A stretch of 64,000 bases of DNA, from NCBI GenBank assembly GCA_015062535.1, contig SUUK01000005.1, positions 998 through 64,997 of the forward strand, in the 5' to 3' direction. Made by a program: the position numbers and the translations under genes. The stretch comes from Alphaproteobacteria bacterium (GTDB taxonomy: Bacteria; Pseudomonadota; Alphaproteobacteria; RF32; CAG-239). Shown here in pieces: positions 16,944 through 27,510 of the stretch. The notes beneath the pieces are model-generated. The model ran no database searches. It worked only from the letters and a program-made list of their open reading frames with translations, and was not told where the DNA came from. Within the stretch, counting starts at the first letter, position 1. Every line of letters starts with the position of its first letter.

Positions 16944-19343
16944 ATGAGTAACATTTTTGATTTTGATGATAACGAGAACGAATTAGCACCTAGTATTTTT
17001 GATAATATTAGCGCTCTAAGACCGGAACCTAATTTTGTTGATGAACTTAATCCGGAACAAAAGCAAGCTGTTTTAAAAACAGAAGGACCTTTACTTGTTT
17101 TAGCAGGGGCTGGAACAGGAAAAACTAAGGTTTTGACAACTAGGCTTGCATATATTTTAAACAGCAATATTGCAAGACCGTGGAATTGCTTAGTGGTTAC
17201 TTTTACCAATAGAGCGGCTAATGAAATGAAAGAACGTGTTAGAGGATTTATTGGGGATACAGTAAATTCGGTTTGGCTTGGCACGTTTCATAGTATTTGC
17301 GTTAAAATATTGAGGAGATTTCCAGAAAAAGCAGGATTAAAAGATAACTTTACTATACTTGGTGAAGACGACCAAAAGAGAGTTATTAAAAAGGTTTTGC
17401 AAGATAATAATATTGATGAAAAGCAATTTACACCTCAGGCTGTATTAGAAAAAATTTCTCGTTTTAAAGACAAAGGGTTAACCGCTGAAAAAGTTGTAAA
17501 TGAATATAAAAACAACATGACAACTTTTATCTATAAAGAATATCAAAATCGATTGGTTGAGCTTAATTGCGTGGATTTTGGAGATATTTTGCTCTATGTT
17601 TTGGATATTTTATTAAAGAATCCGGAAATACTAAATGAATATCAAGAAAGATTTAAGTACATAATGGTTGATGAGTATCAAGATACAAATATCACTCAAT
17701 ATCTACTCTTAAGACTTCTTTCGCAAAAACATAGAAACATTTGTTGTGTTGGTGATGACGACCAATCTATTTATTCTTGGAGAGGCGCTGAAATTGAAAA
17801 TATTTTGAAATTTAATAGCGACTTTCCGGAAGCAGAAACAATTAGGCTAGAAAGAAATTATCGTTCTACCGAAAATATTTTAACGGCGGCGAGTGCTGTT
17901 ATTAAGCATAACGCCAAAAGACTTGGAAAGACTTTAAGAGTTGCTGAGCATAGTCCTGTTTCTAATTGTAAGAACGAAAAAATTAAAGTTGTTAGCACGT
18001 ATAGCGGTGATGACGAAGCAAAATATATTGCAGAAAAAGTTCAAAGCCTAAGATATGATGGCTATGATTATGAAGAAATGGCTATTTTAGTTAGAACAGC
18101 ATCTCAAACACGAAGTTTCGAAGAAGTGTTTATTAAAGAATCTATTCCCTATAAGGTTGTTGGTGGTCTAAAGTTCTATGAAAGAGCAGAAATTAGAGAT
18201 ATGCTTGCATATTTTAGACTAATCTTACAACCTAGTGATGATTTAGCCTTTGAGAGAATAATCAACAAACCCACAAGAGGAATTGGCGACAAAACCGTTG
18301 ATAAGATTAGAGATAGGGCAAAATTTGATAAAACACCATTATACCAAACTATGGTTAACATGGTTGATGAGGGAGTATTTAGTGGAAAAACAAAGAGCGC
18401 CCTTGATAATGTGATTAACCTTATGACTGAATGGCGCAAAGTTATGCAAGCGATTAGTCTTGGAGAATTTGCAGAACAGGTTGTAAACGAATCTGGCTAT
18501 ATGGAGATGCTTGAGAATGATAAATCCGTGGAAGCGCCGGGGAGAATCGAAAACATAAAAGAGCTTCTTAACGTGATGAGCGATAGTGAAACTTATCCAA
18601 ATTTAGGAACTTTTTTGGAGCACGTTAGTCTTGTTATTGATAATGAATATAGTAGCAATGAAAATAAGGTTATTATATCTACATTGCATGCAGCTAAAGG
18701 TTTGGAATTTGATGCGGTATTTTTACCAGGATGGGAAGAAGGTATTTTCCCTCACCAAAAGTGTTTAGATTGCAACGAAGATGATGGACTTGAAGAAGAA
18801 AGAAGACTTGCTTATGTTGCAATTACTAGAGCAAAGAAAATTTTGTATATTACCATGTCGTTTAATAGAAAACTTTATGGACAATGGCAAACTTACAACC
18901 CTTCAAGATTTTTAAATGAACTGCCACCTTCTTGCATTGAGCTTGTTAACAATACTGGATACGCAAAACCTAAAACAAATAACTATGGTAATAGTTATGG
19001 TGGAGGTAGAGATTATTATAGCAAAAATTCGTCTTATTCTAGTGGATATTCTAACTATGGCTCACAATATAAAAAGAAAGAAAAGAGCGGATATTTTGAC
19101 AGCTATGAAGATGCTAGTTATGATGAATACGATAGCTACAACTCTCAAGGATATTATGACAAGAAAAGTAGTGGCGATTATTTTTATCAAACAAAGAAGA
19201 CAAGTCCTCTTGTTGGGGTTAGAGTTTATCATCCTAGTTTTGGATATGGTAAAATTATTAATGTTGACGGAGAAAAATGCGAAGTATTTTTTGACAAAGT
19301 TGGTAAAAAGAAAATTATGGGGAGCTATTTACAAAAATGTTAA
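16944..19343 (+). CDS. uvrD: UvrD/PcrA/Rep-family DNA helicase with extended Tyr/Ser/Gly-rich low-complexity linker and C-terminal Tudor-like domain
   Basis: Helicase motifs GAGTGKT, DEYQDTN and others. It is 799 aa versus about 720 typical, because of an inserted Y/S/G/N-rich segment of about 90 aa. Confidence 0.85.
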   Translation: MSNIFDFDDNENELAPSIFDNISALRPEPNFVDELNPEQKQAVLKTEGPLLVLAGAGTGKTKVLTTRLAYILNSNIARPWNCLVVTFTNRAANEMKERVRGFIGDTVNSVWLGTFHSICVKILRRFPEKAGLKDNFTILGEDDQKRVIKKVLQDNNIDEKQFTPQAVLEKISRFKDKGLTAEKVVNEYKNNMTTFIYKEYQNRLVELNCVDFGDILLYVLDILLKNPEILNEYQERFKYIMVDEYQDTNITQYLLLRLLSQKHRNICCVGDDDQSIYSWRGAEIENILKFNSDFPEAETIRLERNYRSTENILTAASAVIKHNAKRLGKTLRVAEHSPVSNCKNEKIKVVSTYSGDDEAKYIAEKVQSLRYDGYDYEEMAILVRTASQTRSFEEVFIKESIPYKVVGGLKFYERAEIRDMLAYFRLILQPSDDLAFERIINKPTRGIGDKTVDKIRDRAKFDKTPLYQTMVNMVDEGVFSGKTKSALDNVINLMTEWRKVMQAISLGEFAEQVVNESGYMEMLENDKSVEAPGRIENIKELLNVMSDSETYPNLGTFLEHVSLVIDNEYSSNENKVIISTLHAAKGLEFDAVFLPGWEEGIFPHQKCLDCNEDDGLEEERRLAYVAITRAKKILYITMSFNRKLYGQWQTYNPSRFLNELPPSCIELVNNTGYAKPKTNNYGNSYGGGRDYYSKNSSYSSGYSNYGSQYKKKEKSGYFDSYEDASYDEYDSYNSQGYYDKKSSGDYFYQTKKTSPLVGVRVYHPSFGYGKIINVDGEKCEVFFDKVGKKKIMGSYLQKC

Positions 19344-19975
19344 AAATATATAATGAGCAAATGACTTCTATTGGTATGGAAGATAAAAAAATAGTACATA
19401 CCAAAGGATTATGGCATAAAGTTTTTGGTGGTGTTTTATATAACCCTAAAAAGAAAACTATATATTTTCAAACAATTTACCCAAAAGAGTCGTATACTTT
19501 TGAAAGAGAAGATTATATTGACTTTGCCGTTGGTGGACATATCGAAGATGATGAATGTGTTATTGAGGCGGGAAAAAGAGAAATTAAAGAAGAGTTAGGC
19601 TTTGATATTGATGAAAAAGATTGGAGCTTTTTGGGAATTAGAATCTGCAATGTAGACCCTTCTGAAACTTATAAAATTAGAGAATTTCAGCATTTTTATG
19701 CGCTAAAAATTGATAAAGAACTTAAAGATATGGATTTTAGTAAATCTGACGGCGAAGTAAAATCTATTATTGAAGTTGATATTGATGATTATTTGAAACT
19801 TCTTACTAAAGAAGTGCAGAGTATAAAAGCAAATGAGATGGTGCTTGATAAAGTATCAAGATGCGGAAAATATGCTCCTAATGTAACATTAACGGGTAGT
19901 AGAATCGTTCCTGATTATTATACAGACAAAAGCATTTTAGAAAAGTTTTTGGCTGTTAAGAGCTTAATTTTGTAA
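19337..19975 (+). CDS. Nudix hydrolase
   Basis: Nudix box GGHIEDDECVIEAGKREIKEELG. The ORF overlaps the uvrD stop. Confidence 0.75.
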   Translation: MLKIYNEQMTSIGMEDKKIVHTKGLWHKVFGGVLYNPKKKTIYFQTIYPKESYTFEREDYIDFAVGGHIEDDECVIEAGKREIKEELGFDIDEKDWSFLGIRICNVDPSETYKIREFQHFYALKIDKELKDMDFSKSDGEVKSIIEVDIDDYLKLLTKEVQSIKANEMVLDKVSRCGKYAPNVTLTGSRIVPDYYTDKSILEKFLAVKSLIL

Positions 19976-20443
19976 TTAACCTTCTTTTCTAAATGAAAAA
20001 TATTTATGAATAAAGAATGTCATTATAGTAATGATGACAACTGAGCAAATTTGCGCTAGTGCTTTATCTAAATTTGGGATTAACAAAAAGAAGCTATCTT
20101 TAGGAAGTGATTGCTCTATGTGGATTAGTCTTACAAATGTTGCAAGTAGCCCCATATTTATAAAATACAAAACGATATATGATGAAAAGGCTTTTGTATA
20201 TTCTTTTAAGAGCGGACCTGTTCCTTGAAAAACATAATAGCGCATAGTTAAAATTGAGATGTTTATATTGATTAAGTTCATTAGCAATAATGACAATTGC
20301 TCTTTACCAGACGTGAAATATAAAAAAGTATAGTATATCAAAAAAGAAAGAGTAGTATTGAAACCACCAACAAGAATAAATCTTATTTTTTGATCTATAC
20401 GAAACCATATTTTTTCTATATCTTTATATAACTTTACTATCAT
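19976..20443 (-). CDS. GtrA-family membrane protein (polysaccharide flippase-associated)
   Basis: 155 aa with 4 TM helices; N-terminal RFILVGGFNTTLSFLIYY is typical of GtrA. Confidence 0.65.
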   Translation of the reverse strand: MIVKLYKDIEKIWFRIDQKIRFILVGGFNTTLSFLIYYTFLYFTSGKEQLSLLLMNLININISILTMRYYVFQGTGPLLKEYTKAFSSYIVLYFINMGLLATFVRLIHIEQSLPKDSFFLLIPNLDKALAQICSVVIITIMTFFIHKYFSFRKEG

Positions 20444-20590
20444 TTTACACCTCTTGTTTAGTAGAATGACACAAAAAAAAATATTTGCAGTAAAAAAAGC
20501 ACTTCTATACTCTTTTGTTTTGTAAAATTTAAACTTGAAAAAAAGTGTAGTTGTGGTAGAAGTTTCTAGAATTTTAATAGGAGAATCGTA

Positions 20591-20878
20591 ATGGCTATTG
20601 ATAATGAGGCTGTAAAACAGATTGCATATTTAGCAAGACTTGGTGTTGACGAAGACAAGCTAGAAGAAACACAGCAAGAATTTAATAAAATTTTGGCATG
20701 GGTTGAAGAATTAGGTGAAGTAAATACTGACGGTGTTGAACCTTTGGTTTCTCCTCATGATGAACCTATATTTTTACGTGAAGATGAAGTTGTTGAAGGT
20801 TGCCAAAGCCAAAAAATATTAGCCAATGCACCTCAAAAAGAATTTGGATATTTTGCTGTACCTAAGGTTGTGGAGTAG
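20591..20878 (+). CDS. gatC: Asp/Glu-tRNA amidotransferase subunit C
   Basis: 95 aa, conserved GatC sequence, immediately upstream of gatA and gatB. Confidence 0.9.
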   Translation: MAIDNEAVKQIAYLARLGVDEDKLEETQQEFNKILAWVEELGEVNTDGVEPLVSPHDEPIFLREDEVVEGCQSQKILANAPQKEFGYFAVPKVVE

Positions 20879-20882
20879 TGAT

Positions 20883-22337
20883 ATGACAGATTTAACAAGA
20901 TTAACTATTAGCGAATCTCTTGGTAAGCTAAGAGCAAAAGAAATTTCTCCTGTTGAACTTACTGAAGCTTATATTAAAAAACTAGAAGATAATAAAAAAT
21001 ATAATGCATATGTTACTATGTCTGAAGATGTGGCTTTAGCACAAGCAAAAGAATCTGAAAAAAGATATATGAATGGGACTAACAAGGCTTTAGACGGCAT
21101 ACCTCTTGGTATTAAAGATTTGTTCTGCACAAAGGATATTAGAACAACTGCATGTTCTAAAATTATTGATAATTTTGTACCACAATACGAATCTACTGTT
21201 ACACAAAACTTGCTTAATGATGGAGCTGTGTTTTTAGGCAAACTTAACTTAGATGAATTTGCTATGGGTGGTAGTAATGAAACAAGTTATTTTGGCCCTG
21301 TTGTTAACCCTTGGAGTAAAGATGTTAAATTAGTTGCTGGTGGTAGTTCTGGTGGTTCTGCTGCGGCTGTTAGCGCTAATATGTGTGCTGGCGCAACCGG
21401 TACTGATACCGGTGGTTCTATTCGTCAACCATCTGCATTTTGCGGTGTTACAGGTATTAAGCCTACATATGGTAGATGTTCTAGATATGGTGTGATTGCA
21501 TTTGCTTCATCTTTAGACCAAGCTGGACCTATTTGTAAGGACGTTAGGGACTGTGCTTTGATGCTAAATAGCATGGCAGGATTTGATGCAAAAGATGCAA
21601 CTTCTTCTAGTGTTAATGTACCTAACTTTGAAAGCTTTATCGGGCAAGATGTTAGGGGGTTAAAAATCGGTATTCCTAACGAATATAGACCAGATGGATT
21701 AAACGAAGAAATTGCCGGATATTGGGATAAAGCAATTAGTATATTAAAAGAAAAAGGCGCTGAGATTGTAAATATTAGCCTTTCTCATACAAAATATGCT
21801 TTACCTTGCTATTATGTAATTGCTCCTGCTGAAGCTTCTTCTAACTTGGCTAGATATGATGGTATTAGATATGGTAATCGTGTTAATGGCAGAAACATGG
21901 AAGAGCTCCATATCAATACTAGAACAAATGGATTTGGTAAAGAAGTTAAGAGAAGGATTTTAGTTGGTACATATGTGCTTTCTGCTGGTTTTTATGATGC
22001 ATATTATTTGAAGGCTCAAAAAGTTAGACGTCTTATTAAAAACGATTTTGATGAAGCCTTCAAAAAATGTGATGTTATTTTAACTCCAACTAGCCCTATT
22101 GAAGCGTTTGCTATTGGCGATAAAAAGATGAATGAAAGCCCTATTAATATGTATTTGAATGACGTATTTACAGTATCTGTTAATTTAGCTGGACTTCCTG
22201 CAATGAGCTTACCTATTGGGTTATCAAAAAATGACCTTCCTTTGGGTATGCAATTTATTGGTAAAGCATTTGATGAAGGTACAATATTTAAGGCTGCTTA
22301 TCAATTAGAGCAAAGCGTAAATTTTAAGAGGATATAA
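20883..22337 (+). CDS. gatA: Asp/Glu-tRNA amidotransferase subunit A
   Basis: Amidase signature [11 protein letters not shown]...[12 protein letters not shown]. Start set at MTDLTRL, 5 nt after the gatC stop; the track ORF has a 19-codon extension. Confidence 0.9.
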   Translation: MTDLTRLTISESLGKLRAKEISPVELTEAYIKKLEDNKKYNAYVTMSEDVALAQAKESEKRYMNGTNKALDGIPLGIKDLFCTKDIRTTACSKIIDNFVPQYESTVTQNLLNDGAVFLGKLNLDEFAMGGSNETSYFGPVVNPWSKDVKLVAGGSSGGSAAAVSANMCAGATGTDTGGSIRQPSAFCGVTGIKPTYGRCSRYGVIAFASSLDQAGPICKDVRDCALMLNSMAGFDAKDATSSSVNVPNFESFIGQDVRGLKIGIPNEYRPDGLNEEIAGYWDKAISILKEKGAEIVNISLSHTKYALPCYYVIAPAEASSNLARYDGIRYGNRVNGRNMEELHINTRTNGFGKEVKRRILVGTYVLSAGFYDAYYLKAQKVRRLIKNDFDEAFKKCDVILTPTSPIEAFAIGDKKMNESPINMYLNDVFTVSVNLAGLPAMSLPIGLSKNDLPLGMQFIGKAFDEGTIFKAAYQLEQSVNFKRI

Positions 22338-22340
22338 GAA

Positions 22341-23804
22341 ATGGCAGAGTATATTTTAGAATCATCTAATGGTGAAAAATGGGAAATAATTTGTGGCTTG
22401 GAAATCCACTGCCAAATTATATCTAAATCAAAAATTTTTAGTGGTGCTTCTACATCTTTTGGTGAAGATGCAAATGAGTGCGTTTCTTTTGTTGATGTGG
22501 CTATGCCTGGTATGCTTCCTGTTCTTAATAAAGAATGTGTTAAACAAGCTGTTAAAACAGGACTTGGGCTAAATGCTAAGATTAATAAATATTCTGAATT
22601 TTCACGCAAAAATTACTTTTATCCTGACCTTCCTCAAGGATATCAAATAACTCAAGAAAAACACCCTATTATTGGAGAGGGAAAAGTTTTTGTTGACTTA
22701 AGCGATGGTAGTGTAAAAGAGATTGGTATTGAAAGAATCCATATTGAACAAGATACTGGTAAATCTATCCATGATATTGACCCATCAAGAAGTTTTATTG
22801 ACTATAATCGTGCCGGCGTTGGTTTGATGGAGATTGTTACTAAACCTGATTTTAGAAGTCCTGAAGAAGCTGGTGGCTTTTTAAGAAAACTTCGCTCTAT
22901 TGTTAGATATCTTGGAACTTGTGATGGAAACATGGATGAAGGCTCTATGAGATGTGATGCCAGTGTTTCTATTAGAAAAATTGGTGAAGAAGGATTTAGA
23001 CCAAGATGTGAAATTAAAAACGTTAATAGCGTTAAGTTTGCTATGCAAGCAATAGAAGCTGAAGCTAAAAGACAATTAGAAATATATGAAAATGGCGGTA
23101 GTTTTGAACAAGAATCTCGTCAGTTTGACCCTAATACTTGTACTACAAAATTTATGCGCAAAAAAGAATATGCTCATGAGTATAGACAATTTCCTGAGCC
23201 TGATTTGCCACCGCTTATATTGTCTGATGAATATATTGAGCAAATTAGAAGCGAACTTATTGAGCTTCCTGATGCTAAGAAGAAGCGCTATGTTGAAAAC
23301 ATGGGGTTAACAGCATATGACGCTAGTGTTATTTGTGAAAACAAAGAAGTTGCTGAGTTTTTTGAAGAAGCATCTTTTGGACATGATGCTAAAAAGGTTG
23401 CTAACTGGCTTATGGGTGACTTTTTTGCTATGCTTAATAAGAAAAACGTTGATATTAAAAACTCACCTGTTTCTGCTAAAAATTTAGGTAAACTTGTTGA
23501 GCTTATATCTAAAGATGTTATTTCTGGCAAGATTGCAAAAGATGTTTTTGAGATTATGACAGAAACAGGTGGCGACCCTGAGGTTATTGTCGAAGAAAAA
23601 GGATTAAAACAAGTAACAGATACATCTCAAATTGAGGCGATTGTTGATGAGATTATTGCAAGCAATCCTCAAAATGTTGAAAACTATAAGGCTGGTAAAA
23701 ACAATTTGCTTGGTTGGTTTGTTGGACAAGTTATGAAACAAACTCAAGGGAAGGCTAACCCAGGTGTTGTTAATAAACTTTTGAAAGATAAGTTAGATAA
23801 CTAG
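22341..23804 (+). CDS. gatB: Asp/Glu-tRNA amidotransferase subunit B
   Basis: 487 aa with a conserved GatB N-terminus ([13 protein letters not shown]). Confidence 0.9.
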   Translation: MAEYILESSNGEKWEIICGLEIHCQIISKSKIFSGASTSFGEDANECVSFVDVAMPGMLPVLNKECVKQAVKTGLGLNAKINKYSEFSRKNYFYPDLPQGYQITQEKHPIIGEGKVFVDLSDGSVKEIGIERIHIEQDTGKSIHDIDPSRSFIDYNRAGVGLMEIVTKPDFRSPEEAGGFLRKLRSIVRYLGTCDGNMDEGSMRCDASVSIRKIGEEGFRPRCEIKNVNSVKFAMQAIEAEAKRQLEIYENGGSFEQESRQFDPNTCTTKFMRKKEYAHEYRQFPEPDLPPLILSDEYIEQIRSELIELPDAKKKRYVENMGLTAYDASVICENKEVAEFFEEASFGHDAKKVANWLMGDFFAMLNKKNVDIKNSPVSAKNLGKLVELISKDVISGKIAKDVFEIMTETGGDPEVIVEEKGLKQVTDTSQIEAIVDEIIASNPQNVENYKAGKNNLLGWFVGQVMKQTQGKANPGVVNKLLKDKLDN

Positions 23805-23955
23805 TTTATTTAAGAAAAAATTAAGTTATTATAAAACTTTAGTTGGGTGTCTAGTAAATAGACACCCTTATTAACATAGACATTGGTTTTATATCCTCTT
23901 TATATGAAAAGAACATTGGTTTATATTTTTTATGTTTGTATGAGAGGAGATGCTG

Positions 23956-24153
23956 ATGAATAGAGTAAATATTGCAAACTATGTTGTTTATGATTTATCT
24001 AATAAATTTAATGTTACTGAATGTAGTAATATGGATAGTGATATTGTGGGCTTAATTGCCGATAATTGGCACAAAAAACATTTTATGAATGGTGTTGATA
24101 AAAATATTAAACATAGAAAAGAAAGCAACATAAAACAAAACTTTTTGATTTAG
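23956..24153 (+). CDS. hypothetical small protein (65 aa)
   Basis: Strong SD gagaggag before the ATG, and an own terminator context. No homology is recognisable. Confidence 0.45.
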   Translation: MNRVNIANYVVYDLSNKFNVTECSNMDSDIVGLIADNWHKKHFMNGVDKNIKHRKESNIKQNFLI

Positions 24154-24258
24154 AATCGATAAAAAAATAATTGTCAATATAGCTTTATTTTGAGGTTTAA
24201 ATTTATCTGTTTAATCATATTTTTTATGCGTTGGCTCAATTGTTATGAGAGGTATGAT

Positions 24259-24510
24259 ATGAACAGAAGAGATTTAAATAGCTTAAAAGAAAATATGATT
24301 TTTGTTGGAACTATTTATGATAGTTTTGAAGCATTAGAAGAAACTCTTGGAAAACTGAAACTTGAACGACCTCTATTTATTACTCATGTTGCAAAATTAG
24401 CGTTTGCAGAGGAAGTATTTAAGCGAGCTGATGAAGATTTTATAGACTATAAATATGTACCTAATTGCAATAATAAAAACACTCAAGAGATAAGTAAAAC
24501 TTTTAACTAA
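24259..24510 (+). CDS. hypothetical small protein (83 aa, MNRRDLNSLKENMIFVGTIYD...)
   Basis: Start taken at the internal Met with SD gagagg. Followed by terminator 24511..24548. Confidence 0.45.
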   Translation: MNRRDLNSLKENMIFVGTIYDSFEALEETLGKLKLERPLFITHVAKLAFAEEVFKRADEDFIDYKYVPNCNNKNTQEISKTFN

Positions 24511-24548
24511 AAAAACACCCCATAGATGAAACTATGGGGTGTTTTGCT
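24511..24548. terminator. bidirectional terminator (10-bp stem caccccatag/ctatggggtg)
   Basis: Hairpin between the convergent small ORF (+) and secF (-), with A and T runs. Confidence 0.7.
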
Positions 24549-24558
24549 TTGCTAATTA

Positions 24559-25494
24559 TTAGCCTATTGTTGCAAAAACATTATCTTCGTCTTTATGATT
24601 TACTGCTCTTAAATCAAAAAGGTTTAAGAATGCTGTACAAACATAAATTGAAGAATATGTACCAATGATAAGTCCGGCAAAGATTGTAAATGAAAAACTT
24701 TCTAGAGCCTCTCCACCGCAAAGATATAAAGGAATTACAGCACATAGTGTTGTTACACCTGTTAAAATCGTACGTGAGAAAATATCATTGATACTTTTGT
24801 TTAATAACTCTAATTGTGGCATTTTGCGATATTTTTTCAAATTTTCACGAATACGGTCATATGTTACAACGGTATCGTTAATAGAATAACCTACTAGAGT
24901 TAAAATTGCGGCAACTGTTGTTAAGCTAAAATCAAAACTAAAGAATGATAATAAACCAATAGTTACAATTATATCATGGAACAAACCAACTAGTGCTCCA
25001 AGAGCAAATTGCCACTCAAAACGAACCCAAATGTATATTGCAATAGCAAGCATTGCTAATACTGATGCAACGATACCGGCTGTTTTTAGCTCATCACCAA
25101 CTTGTGGACCAACGTTTTCTACACGACGATATTCATAGCTAGAGCCTAAAATCTTTTTGATATCGATAACAGCCTTTCTTTGAGCTTCTTCGTTTGCATT
25201 ATCTGCTTGAGCACGTATCATTAGCTCATTTTTTTCTTCGCCCATTGTTTGTAAGTTTAGTTCATCTAATTTTAGAACACTTAACTTAGAGCGAATTTCT
25301 TCTACATTGATAGGTTTTTCGGATTTGATTTCCATAAGAACACCGCCTGAAAAATCAATACCAAAGTTAAAACCTTTGTAGTACATGCTAAGAAATGATA
25401 ACACCACTAAAACTATTGAAAGTGTATATGTGAAAAAACGTGCTTTCATAAAGTTTATATGTGTGTCTTTTGTAATCCATTTTAACATTGTCAT
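24559..25494 (-). CDS. secF: protein translocase subunit SecF
   Basis: 311-aa membrane protein downstream of secD in conserved yajC-secD-secF order. Confidence 0.9.
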   Translation of the reverse strand: MTMLKWITKDTHINFMKARFFTYTLSIVLVVLSFLSMYYKGFNFGIDFSGGVLMEIKSEKPINVEEIRSKLSVLKLDELNLQTMGEEKNELMIRAQADNANEEAQRKAVIDIKKILGSSYEYRRVENVGPQVGDELKTAGIVASVLAMLAIAIYIWVRFEWQFALGALVGLFHDIIVTIGLLSFFSFDFSLTTVAAILTLVGYSINDTVVTYDRIRENLKKYRKMPQLELLNKSINDIFSRTILTGVTTLCAVIPLYLCGGEALESFSFTIFAGLIIGTYSSIYVCTAFLNLFDLRAVNHKDEDNVFATIG

Positions 25495-25514
25495 TTTCTT
25501 TATTCCTTATCAAA

Positions 25515-27059
25515 TTATATTGGTAATGCTTTTGGTTTGTATTTATTAAACCAAGCGGTAATAAACAAACGAGTTACTGTTACAGATGTGAATAGTGATG
25601 TAACAATACCTACTACCAATGTTACAGCAAAGCCACGAACTGGACCACTACCAAAATAGAACAATACTGCGGCTGCGATTAGGGTTGTTAGGTTTGAGTC
25701 GATAATTGTACCCCATGCAATAGTAAAGCCTGATTCAATAGCATCTTTTATTGAACGTCCACCTTTTACTTCTTCACGCATACGTTCAAAAATTAAAACG
25801 TTTGCATCTACAGCCATACCAATAGTTAAGATGATACCTGCAATACCTGGAAGAGTTAATGTTGCACCCATGATGCTTAATATACCAAGCATTAGGAATA
25901 AGTTGAAGAACACAGTGATTGTTGTGAACAAACCAAACAACCCATATGCTACTAGCAAGAAGATAACAACACCTACAAAACCAACGATTGAGGCAAAGAT
26001 ACCTGCTTCAATTGAGTCTGCACCAAGACCTGCACCAACTGTTCTTTCTTCTAAGATGTTAAGTGGAGCAGGAAGAGCACCTGAACGGAGCAATAATGCT
26101 AATTCTTGAGCTGTTTCTGCAGTATAGTTACCTGTAATAACACCAGAACCACCTGTGATTGCTGATTGAATTGTTGGAGCTGAAATAACTTCGTTATCTA
26201 AAACGATAGCAAGTTGCTCGCCAATGTTGTTTTTGGTAACTTCACCAAACTTTTTAGCACCAAGATTATTAAACTTGAAACTTACTGCTGGAGCGCCATC
26301 TTGGAAAGATACAGATGCATCTGTTAAAGTTTCACCACCAACTGCAGGTTTTTTAACGATAACATATTGTTCACCTAATGAGCCACGAATTACACGTGAA
26401 GATGTTTTTAACTTTCCACGTTTTGCTTCAAGAGCTGTTGTAGAACTATCAACTAAATGGAATGTCATTTTAGCTGTTTTACCAAGTAATGCTTTTACCT
26501 CTTCTGGATTTTGAATACCTGGTAATTGAACTAAAATACGACCATATCCTTGACTTTGGATACTTGGCTCATTTGTACCATATTCGTCAATACGTTTACG
26601 AACGATTTCGATTGATTGATCAACAAGTTTAAGTTTGATATTGTTTAGAGCTTGTTCATCATACATAACAACTAGAGTATCGCCCTCTTCTGTTACTTTT
26701 AATCCTTCATCCATTCTTCTTAATGGAGTATGAGCCTTTGTACGAGTATTAGGATTTTCTATCTTTATTCTTAAGCCATTTTCATTAGAAGTGATTGACT
26801 GATAGCGAATCTTTGTTTCTCTTAAAGCTGCACGAGCAGAATCTTCAAGATTTTCCATTCTGTCTTTTAGAGCTGTATTTAAATCAACCTCTAATAACAA
26901 ACTTGAACCACCTTGTAGGTCTAAACCAAGATTTACTGGTTGCCACCATGAAGGAAGTGTTGTTTTGGCATCTTTTATGAAGTTTGGCACAGAATAGAAA
27001 ATACCTAGCGCACAAACTGCCAAAATCATAATTACTCTTTTTACTGATAGTTTATACAT
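25515..27059 (-). CDS. secD: protein translocase subunit SecD
   Basis: 514 aa with periplasmic domain and 6 TM helices, in conserved order. Confidence 0.9.
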   Translation of the reverse strand: MYKLSVKRVIMILAVCALGIFYSVPNFIKDAKTTLPSWWQPVNLGLDLQGGSSLLLEVDLNTALKDRMENLEDSARAALRETKIRYQSITSNENGLRIKIENPNTRTKAHTPLRRMDEGLKVTEEGDTLVVMYDEQALNNIKLKLVDQSIEIVRKRIDEYGTNEPSIQSQGYGRILVQLPGIQNPEEVKALLGKTAKMTFHLVDSSTTALEAKRGKLKTSSRVIRGSLGEQYVIVKKPAVGGETLTDASVSFQDGAPAVSFKFNNLGAKKFGEVTKNNIGEQLAIVLDNEVISAPTIQSAITGGSGVITGNYTAETAQELALLLRSGALPAPLNILEERTVGAGLGADSIEAGIFASIVGFVGVVIFLLVAYGLFGLFTTITVFFNLFLMLGILSIMGATLTLPGIAGIILTIGMAVDANVLIFERMREEVKGGRSIKDAIESGFTIAWGTIIDSNLTTLIAAAVLFYFGSGPVRGFAVTLVVGIVTSLFTSVTVTRLFITAWFNKYKPKALPI

Positions 27060-27079
27060 TTACTTCTCTCTTTTTTAAG

Positions 27080-27424
27080 TTATTTCTTTTCTAATGGTTT
27101 ATCTAAACCAGAAACTACTTCTCTTACGCTTGAACGTAAAACTTTAATTTCTACACCTTTGGAAATTTCAACAGTTAGGTTTTCTGGTTCTGCTTTTACA
27201 ACTTTACCATAAATACCACCACCGGTTATAATTTCATCTTTTGGTTTGATTGCATTTAACATATTTTCATGCTCTTTCATCTTTTTTTGTTGAGGACGAA
27301 TAAGCACGAAGTAAAAAATTGCAAATACAAGAACTAACTGCGTAAAGAAACCAGCCATTGGAGTTTGCGCAGCGGTTGCACCTGTTGCAGCCATAGCTTC
27401 TGATATAAACATATTTTTCTCCAT
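27080..27424 (-). CDS. yajC: preprotein translocase subunit YajC
   Basis: 114 aa with a single TM (FAIFYFVLIRPQQKK); yajC-secDF context. Confidence 0.85.
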   Translation of the reverse strand: MEKNMFISEAMAATGATAAQTPMAGFFTQLVLVFAIFYFVLIRPQQKKMKEHENMLNAIKPKDEIITGGGIYGKVVKAEPENLTVEISKGVEIKVLRSSVREVVSGLDKPLEKK

Positions 27425-27510
27425 TAAAAATTAATTTTGTGCGGTAATTCTAATCTATAAAAAATGGCTATACAACCTAAATAACAAAGATTTACAACGA
27501 AAATTTATAT

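Noticed and set aside
18916-19353. 145-aa plus-strand ORF overlapping the 3' part of uvrD in another frame.
   Set aside because: It lies entirely inside the uvrD low-complexity linker region and is a frame-shifted echo of AT-rich repeats. No RBS.
20826-20882. 19-codon N-terminal extension of gatA in the ORF track ([19 protein letters not shown]).
   Set aside because: It overlaps the gatC 3' end. The conserved GatA N-terminus begins at MTDLTRL, 5 nt after the gatC stop.
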